The notes beneath the pieces are model-generated. The model saw only the letters and a list, made by a program, of their open reading frames with translations, was not told the origin of the DNA and made no database searches. The translations under genes were made by a program, and so were the position numbers. DNA of 63,978 nt, the filler included, from Licmophora abbreviata (lineage: Eukaryota): the NCBI GenBank assembly GCA_900291995.1. It is 10 parts of 10 records of this genome, joined end to end, with 100 filler letters (N's around TTAATTAATTAA, not from the genome) between each part and the next. Parts side by side here need not be neighbours in the genome. Positions count along the whole stretch, not along the records: positions 51,968 to 58,881 come from OLMU01005267.1; positions 58,982 to 60,757 come from OLMU01005268.1; positions 60,858 to 62,821 come from OLMU01005269.1; positions 62,922 to 63,978 come from OLMU01005327.1; 6 more parts are not named here. One strand, 5' to 3'. Shown in pieces: positions 57,837-63,978 of this stretch. How positions within the stretch are numbered: the stretch's first letter is position 1; every line of letters begins with the position of its first letter.

Positions 57837-58574
57837 TCAGTCCTCCGTAGATCGAGAAGACAATATCTTCGAAAGAATGATCATCCAAAAGAAGGAAACC
57901 GTCGCCATGACTGTGATGCGCAAGTGGGGCGGGATGATCGTGAAGATCATGGTGTTGACAGGCAACCACAACGCGTAATACTTCAGAAGTAGACCGTGAT
58001 TCCTTACGTCATCAATGTATTGTCGAACTCCCTTGACGACAGAGTATTTGAAGACTAAAGCTTTGACGGCGTACGCCATAGGGATACACACCAACGCGTT
58101 GTGAAAGATGGCGTCGAACAAAACCTTCTTGACGACCACTGCTGGCGTTGTGGCACTTCCAAACATGTGCGTGTAAAAGTTGTTGTATATCAGCTCTTGC
58201 ACGCATCCTTGATACAAGGATCCATACAGAAGAAAAGACAGAGTTCTTCGACGATCTAGCTTCTCGCTGACGTTTTCCTCTGACTTCTGCTGGCTCCGCT
58301 GGGCGACGATATCTGCCATCGTCGCCTTTGTGCCAGCCACGACGGCAGCGGCAACAAACGGATTGGCTTTCCAGAAGGCATTCGCAGTCGACAGAGTCGT
58401 CGAGTGTAGCTGCGTGCTGCCTCCTCGATGCACCGAGAGAGCGCGGTGGAGACCACGGTGAGCATCCAGCCGCTTGCCGACCCGACCACAGTGCTTTGAG
58501 ACCAGCGACGAGCAAAAAGGAAACAGGACAGCTAGAAGCAAGATCGTGGACATCCGAAGCGTCTTCCGAGCCAT
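57837..58574 (-). CDS. Mpv17/PMP22 family membrane protein with an N-terminal targeting extension
   Basis: KATMADIVAQ, DRRRTLSFLLYG, KVLFDA and WLPVNTMIFTIIPPHLRI..VSFFWMIILS. Confidence 0.9.
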   Translation of the reverse strand: MARKTLRMSTILLLAVLFPFCSSLVSKHCGRVGKRLDAHRGLHRALSVHRGGSTQLHSTTLSTANAFWKANPFVAAAVVAGTKATMADIVAQRSQQKSEENVSEKLDRRRTLSFLLYGSLYQGCVQELIYNNFYTHMFGSATTPAVVVKKVLFDAIFHNALVCIPMAYAVKALVFKYSVVKGVRQYIDDVRNHGLLLKYYALWLPVNTMIFTIIPPHLRITVMATVSFFWMIILSKILSSRSTED

Positions 58575-58768
58575 GACTGTGTCTCTCTTCTATACTTTTG
58601 GTGCTGGTTAAGCATAAACTAAGGTTTCAGAGGATACAAGTGCAAGAACAAGGTCAATACAGAAGGAAATGTGAGTGATGACGAACGCAACGAAGCAGAA
58701 TTCGAGAATTCGGAGTGACATTGAGTCATGAGTTCTGGAATTCGTGACTGCCCGGTAGAAGTTAGTTC

Positions 58769-59080
58769 GCTCCAACCAACGATATCTTCCCGTGGAGCTC
58801 GACGAACTTTTCGACACTTTGGCATCGATACGAGCACAGAGAAACGTAAGTCTACCAGATAAGTAAAACGAAGCTCTACCANNNNNNNNNNNNNNNNNNN
58901 NNNNNNNNNNNNNNNNNNNNNNNNNTTAATTAATTAANNNNNNNNNNNNNNNNNNNNNNNNNNNNNNNNNNNNNNNNNNNNGCTCCAACCAACGATATCG
59001 TCCCGTGGAGCTCGACGAACTTTTCGACACTAGCACAGAGAAACGTAAGTCTACCAGATAAGTAAAACGAAGCTCTACCA
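58769..59080 (+). repeat. Near-identical duplicate flanking a gap (58769-58881 vs 58982-59080)
   Basis: Same sequence on both sides, except one T/G substitution and a 14-nt indel (TTGGCATCGATACG). Confidence 0.9.
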
Positions 59081-59412
59081 GAACATTAGAACTGGTACTT
59101 CTACCAATTTTCATTCACGGTCCACTCTCATGGGCATACTGTATTTGCTTGACGTCGAGAGCTGGACACGTCGAAGCGGCGAAAAGCGTGCGATCGCCAA
59201 CAAACCAGCGACAGAGCAACATTGACCAGGTTGGGGCTTGGGAACATCGGGAAGGGTGGTCTCATTGTCCATGATGACGGCAGCAACGGTCATCAATGTA
59301 CCGGTTTGCCTTTCTCAGTATGACACGAGACCTTCTCTGTCGTACATTCAAGATGGTTCACTCCCACATCAATATTATCTCCAATCCCCGAAAGATTAGC
59401 ATTGCAAACACC

Positions 59413-60538
59413 CTATCCTGCTAACGGCGCCCCACTAGTCCCACCCAAAATGTCAAGAGCATTTTTGATCCATGGAATAGCCCCAATGAGCACACCCCAA
59501 ACCATAGTCATCCACACCGCGCTCAACTGAATTGGAACATTCCTTCTACCTTGTCTCGTCAAGACAATGTCATACGTCAGATGCGCTGCACATATCGGTC
59601 CAATGAACACACGAAAAGCCACAAAGAAGCAAGCAAATACTTTTTCGATCATCGGCAGAAGTGCTTGCAGCCATGGCGCCGAATCCAGGGATACTGCCGT
59701 CTTTGTAATTCGCAGCAGGTTCATAATGGGCGCCGTAATCTCACCCAGAAACATGAGACTCAAGGCGGACATGTGTCCAGGCCTGGATCAAGCGCGCCGA
59801 CGTCATGTACAGGGCCGTGCCTGCGTGATGACCGAGAAACATGAAATCTGTGATGCTGAGAACGGGGCCCGAGCCAGGAACCCAGCGATCGGCAATGAAC
59901 TGAATGACAGCATCATACAACTGTAGCAAGCGACAAGTTCAGGGGTATCAGTCGAACGATCTGTTGCAGTTCCTGACGACAACAGTTCTTACCATATACC
60001 CCGTACAAAACTGCATAAGCGCAGTAGCAGCATCCTGCCACCAATGCGGGTGCACATCCATTGGATCCGATGGCGAGTACCTTTCTGTCCGCAAACAATC
60101 GAAGAGTCCAATCACCAAGAAGGTTGAGTGACAGATGGTGGCAATGGACCCTCCAAACGCCCGACTCTCCTTGTGCGGCCAGTTCCCCTGTCTGGAAATG
60201 GCATATGCCATACTGTAATCCAGACATGTCAGGAACGTGGCACTGACCAAGGTGAAAGTGAAGTCCAAGTCCGTGAAAGGAAGACAGATTTTTTTCGGGG
60301 TGAGCCTGTAGAGAGCTACCCACGGTTTCAACAGAGGCGGGATGCAGTCTCCCCCCTGCTGTACATCAACTTGCTGCTGTTTTGGACTCAGTCGTCTCGA
60401 TCTATGAAACAGCTTACGCTTCGAGGGGACCAAAGGTAATCTTGACGATGGTAAAAGCGTATTGGAGGTACCCGCCCCCGCGATGCATGGGAGCTGGAAG
60501 GGCGTCAGCAGCCACAGGATAATCAAGAGCACCTTCAT
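59413..60538 (-). CDS. TLC (TRAM/LAG1/CLN8) domain membrane protein; intron 59992-59921; apparent one-base insertion frameshift near 59780
   Basis: FCTGYM/LYD, FLGHH and (G)HMSALSLMFLGEITAPIMN are TLC motifs. The last two lie in different frames. Confidence 0.75.
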
Positions 60539-61311
60539 TCTGTCTCGCACGTCTCTTCTCGCCACTCTTAACGACGATTCTATGCCAATCAGAGCCCCAG
60601 GTGCAAGTACTTTGCCAGGGGATATGCCGGATGACTATGCTGTCAAGTGTAAAAGTGGCGTCGTAAGAAAAACAAAAAACGTACTTCGCGCGCTGGGGAT
60701 CGTCTTGATCCACCCGACTCCGACTGAATCACAGGCTATTTATCCCCCCACTATTTCNNNNNNNNNNNNNNNNNNNNNNNNNNNNNNNNNNNNNNNNNNN
60801 NTTAATTAATTAANNNNNNNNNNNNNNNNNNNNNNNNNNNNNNNNNNNNNNNNNNNNATGGAATATGAGATGAGAACCGACCATTTCACATATCCCAATA
60901 TCGATGCGAACTGGTTCGCCAAAATTCAAAATTCCGTTCTGAATGATGTCAACTCGCACGATAAAACATGATCACAATTCGTGCACCGTTCGCAAAACAC
61001 GAGCGTATCTCCAACGTGTCTCTGCCTGGATACACTGCAGTGCTGCACTTGTAACAAGGTAGGCACCAGTAGAACATGGGCGATATTCACGCAACCAGAG
61101 TAGTCACGATCGAATCACGCCAAGATCGTGACCGGACCGAGAATGTTGTAACGCAGCATATTTCTACTTGCAAGAATACGTGTCAACGAGGACGAAGTAT
61201 CATATTTGTACTGACTTGAGTCTCATTATAATTCTGCACTGTTGCCACCTCTCCCCTCTCTACTCACAGTATTTTGGATCGTCAGTGATCTCTCACGTCG
61301 TGTCGTCCGTC

Positions 61312-62495
61312 ATGAAGATCTTGACCTGCTTCATCACTGCTTCGCTTCTTGCGAGAACAGTTTGCAAAGAGACGCACCTTCGTGGCCTGAAGGCGATCCA
61401 CAAGGACGGCGAACGAAAGCTGTGGACAAAGAATAACATCTTCAGCAAGCAAAGTATGATGATGATGGGCAAGAAGAGAATGATGTCCATGTACCCCAGG
61501 CGAAAGCCAACCAAGGGCGGTGGCTACCATAAACCGGCTCCCAAGCCTGTCCCAACTCCTAGCGCTGTTCAGCCTGATTCACTCCCGACGAACAAGGATG
61601 TCATTGTCGTTGGGGACCAAATATTCCTTCGACGGGCACCTCCGACTCCCATCGACCCTGACCCAGTCCAGGCTCCTACTGCCGCTCCGAGCGACACATC
61701 CATGCCATCTCCCTCACCCAGTCAAGTTCCGACGGCCTCACCTAGCGACACTCTGATGCCATCACCTTCGCCCAGTAGTAGACCAAGCGCGGTTGATGCC
61801 GACAAGGTTCCTTCAACAGCTCCGACCGAAACTCTGAGGCCGTCGCCCTCGCCAAGTATGACGCCGTCGGCATCTCCCAGTCAGAGTCCCAGTACGCCCA
61901 CAACCGCGCCGACCGAAACGACAGCTCCATCTCCATCTCCCAGTAGTTATCCTACTGTAAACATTGACCTGGACATCTGCCAGCCTATCACGTGCCCTAG
62001 TGGCCAGAGCTGCGATCCCCTTGATGGGACGTGCCGTCCCAACAATGCTTTGCGTCCCTGTATTGCTGTCATTGACGAGAGCAGTCTCCTCGATTCGTTC
62101 GTCACGACGACTTGGCGACGCTTTCGCACAAAGTTTCCAGATCGTCCTTTTGTTTGCTGCAACCACAGATTCCAGTCACCAGCAATGCAAACTTGTTCCG
62201 CCCGCCTCTATTTGAAACCGACGTGCGTACCACATTCTCATTGGTGAATCGAGATAATGGAAACGAGACTCTGGCGTCAGATTGGGCCGGAATCTGTGGT
62301 ATCAGCGGACTAGCCGTGACGGGGATTGACTATGTGGCGTTATTTGTTGATACCTCATGGAGTATGACTCTGGATACTGTGGGGGAGTCTTACAACCAGT
62401 TTCTCAGTGATATCGCGAGTAGCAGTTTGACAGTGCGGAGTGTCGGCAATGCGAACGAAGACTGGATTACTCCGTTCATTGTGAACTTGACCTAA
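61312..62495 (+). CDS. Secreted Met/Lys-rich, Pro/Ser/Thr-repeat protein with a Cys-rich module and a C-terminal globular (vWA-like) domain; apparent one-base deletion frameshift at 62148-62151
   Basis: Signal peptide, HLRG and RKL motifs, PSPSPS repeats, CQPITCPSGQSCDPLDGTC and CIAVIDES..RPF|CLLQP..VALFVDTSWSM..EDWITPF. Confidence 0.7.
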
Positions 62496-62921
62496 CGGAG
62501 ATATGCTTTATGCTCTACTTGGAACGACTATAGAGGTGTATGGCTAGATGTTTATGAGAGGGATTCGATTTGGGGTATTTGATTGGTATTTGATGTTGCT
62601 ATGCATTTTTTGCGCTGTCGTTGCTGTCTTTTTTCCGCGTCCCGTGTCGGTCCCGAACCCCGTATCGAATAGGTTATGCATGAGCGCGCGTCGAGCCTGC
62701 GGACGAGGTGTCACCCAAGATTCTCGCCACGAATCTTCGTGATGACAAACGCATCACACAAAAAGCATTATTGAGCGCGGTGACACCTCATCTCCCCCTT
62801 GTTGCAACTTCTTGCTCGCACNNNNNNNNNNNNNNNNNNNNNNNNNNNNNNNNNNNNNNNNNNNNTTAATTAATTAANNNNNNNNNNNNNNNNNNNNNNN
62901 NNNNNNNNNNNNNNNNNNNNN

Positions 62922-63802
62922 TTCCATTCCTGGTCGTCGCACTCGACAGCAATCACATACAGACTGTCATCAAGAATGGTAGCAGATAACAAAAAGACTG
63001 TATCAAATGGACCGAATCCCAGCCCAAGATTGGTTGTGGAATCGCCACAAGTAAGCGGCGCAGATGCCATATCAAACTCGTAGTACGTTTGATCTTTCTT
63101 GATCGCCTTCCGCCCGCCGATTAGGTCAGCCGCACGAATCTTCTCTAGTGACGACGGAACGTCAAGTACTTTGCCGAAACCAAGGGTCGTTGCTTTATCC
63201 AAGCGGTCTAACTTGGTAGCACCCGACGTTTTGTAAACAAAGATTCGTTTGCAGGCCTTCACATTGGCTCCCTCTGAGCTGTCGACGTACAGATCCTTGC
63301 CAATCGAGCCCCACTTTTCGGGCAAGAGGTACGACAGCCTCACGTAATCGCCATTGCTGGTGCCCTCCGACGCCATGCCGTCGATGAAGGACAGCGAGTT
63401 CTCAGAACGGTCCCATTTGAAATCGATTCTCCGAGACTTTGCCTCGTCCGCCGTCACGCCTTCCTTGAGCGACCCATCCGGGTTGAAGAGCGTTGACATC
63501 AAGTCTTGCGGTTCCTCTGCATCGGCAGATGCTACTGGGGCGACTGCAAGGGATGCCGTGCAAAGAAGTGATGAAACAAGGAACCCTCGTCTGTCTGATT
63601 GAGTAGTCGACAGAAGATCGTCACGCGGTGACTTCTCTCGATCGTCATGCTTAGCTCTTCGTCTCATGCACTGTCCACCAGTTTCTCTCCGATGAGTGTT
63701 TACAGAAGTCTGCCAGGCTTCTACCACCGTCCAAACGAGGCAGTGAGCCATCGTCGCGACCCAAATGATTCTTCGACTTGATACTAGCGTGGAAAGTCTC
63801 AT
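62922..63802 (-). CDS. Thylakoid-lumen PsbP-like domain protein, 3' end truncated by the gap
   Basis: Signal peptide ending VEA|W, a transit-like region and a Tat signal (DRRGFLVSSLL..VASA). The mature domain has LSYLLPEKW, YYEFDM and DSLYVIAVE. Confidence 0.65.
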
Positions 63803-63978
63803 GGTTGACCTTCGATTTATTCATTTATTCATTCTCCGCCGCGATGAAGGTCCCATCGCCGTCAATTGCGCGCCACCGACTGTGACACAGACACACCCGA
63901 CCACATCCCACCGGGAACTCGAATCATTCGATCTTTCTAGGCAGAGACGCTGACCTCCAAGCAAGCAAACAACCCAGG

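Noticed and set aside
1..63978. Prokaryotic operons, defence systems, tRNA or rRNA genes
   Set aside because: Spliceosomal introns and eukaryote-specific genes occur throughout, and I found no tRNA or rRNA signatures by eye; tRNAscan-SE/Infernal would be decisive.

Overview
Eukaryotic nuclear DNA from a compact, gene-dense genome with short GT-AG introns. It is most likely a pennate diatom: a PsbP-like protein carries signal + transit + twin-Arg lumen targeting, secreted proteins carry RxL/LRG motifs, and the LINE is of diatom type. The window is a scaffold of 10 contigs separated by nine 100-nt artificial linkers (N-run/TTAATTAATTAA/N-run). About 27 host genes can be modelled by eye. They include ERGIC/Erv46, a PH-C2 MCTP-like protein, LSm3, NFU1, TRAPPC11, POLD2, a histidine phosphatase, an N-acylated LRR protein, SmD3, two MFS transporters, RSL1D1, Nup160, SPX-GDPD, an FkbM methyltransferase, LMBR1-like, L-aspartate oxidase, YrdB-like, kinesin, CTP synthase, Mpv17/PMP22, a TLC protein and a PsbP-like protein. 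One contig (30750-38164) is an apparently intact non-LTR retrotransposon with ORF1 and a 2113-aa APE-RT-RNase H-CCHC ORF2, an ATGA stop/start overlap and a structured 3' UTR. The most interesting accessory items are: (i) two neighbouring paralogous secreted, probably GPI-anchored proteins built from tandem copies of a 12-Cys acidic domain I do not recognise, behind an RRLQ site; (ii) a secreted Pro/Ser-rich protein ending in what may be a circularly permuted vWA-like domain; (iii) a recurrent GACTC(A/G)CTC promoter-region motif; and (iv) the LINE. All family calls come from motif recognition; no database searches were run.
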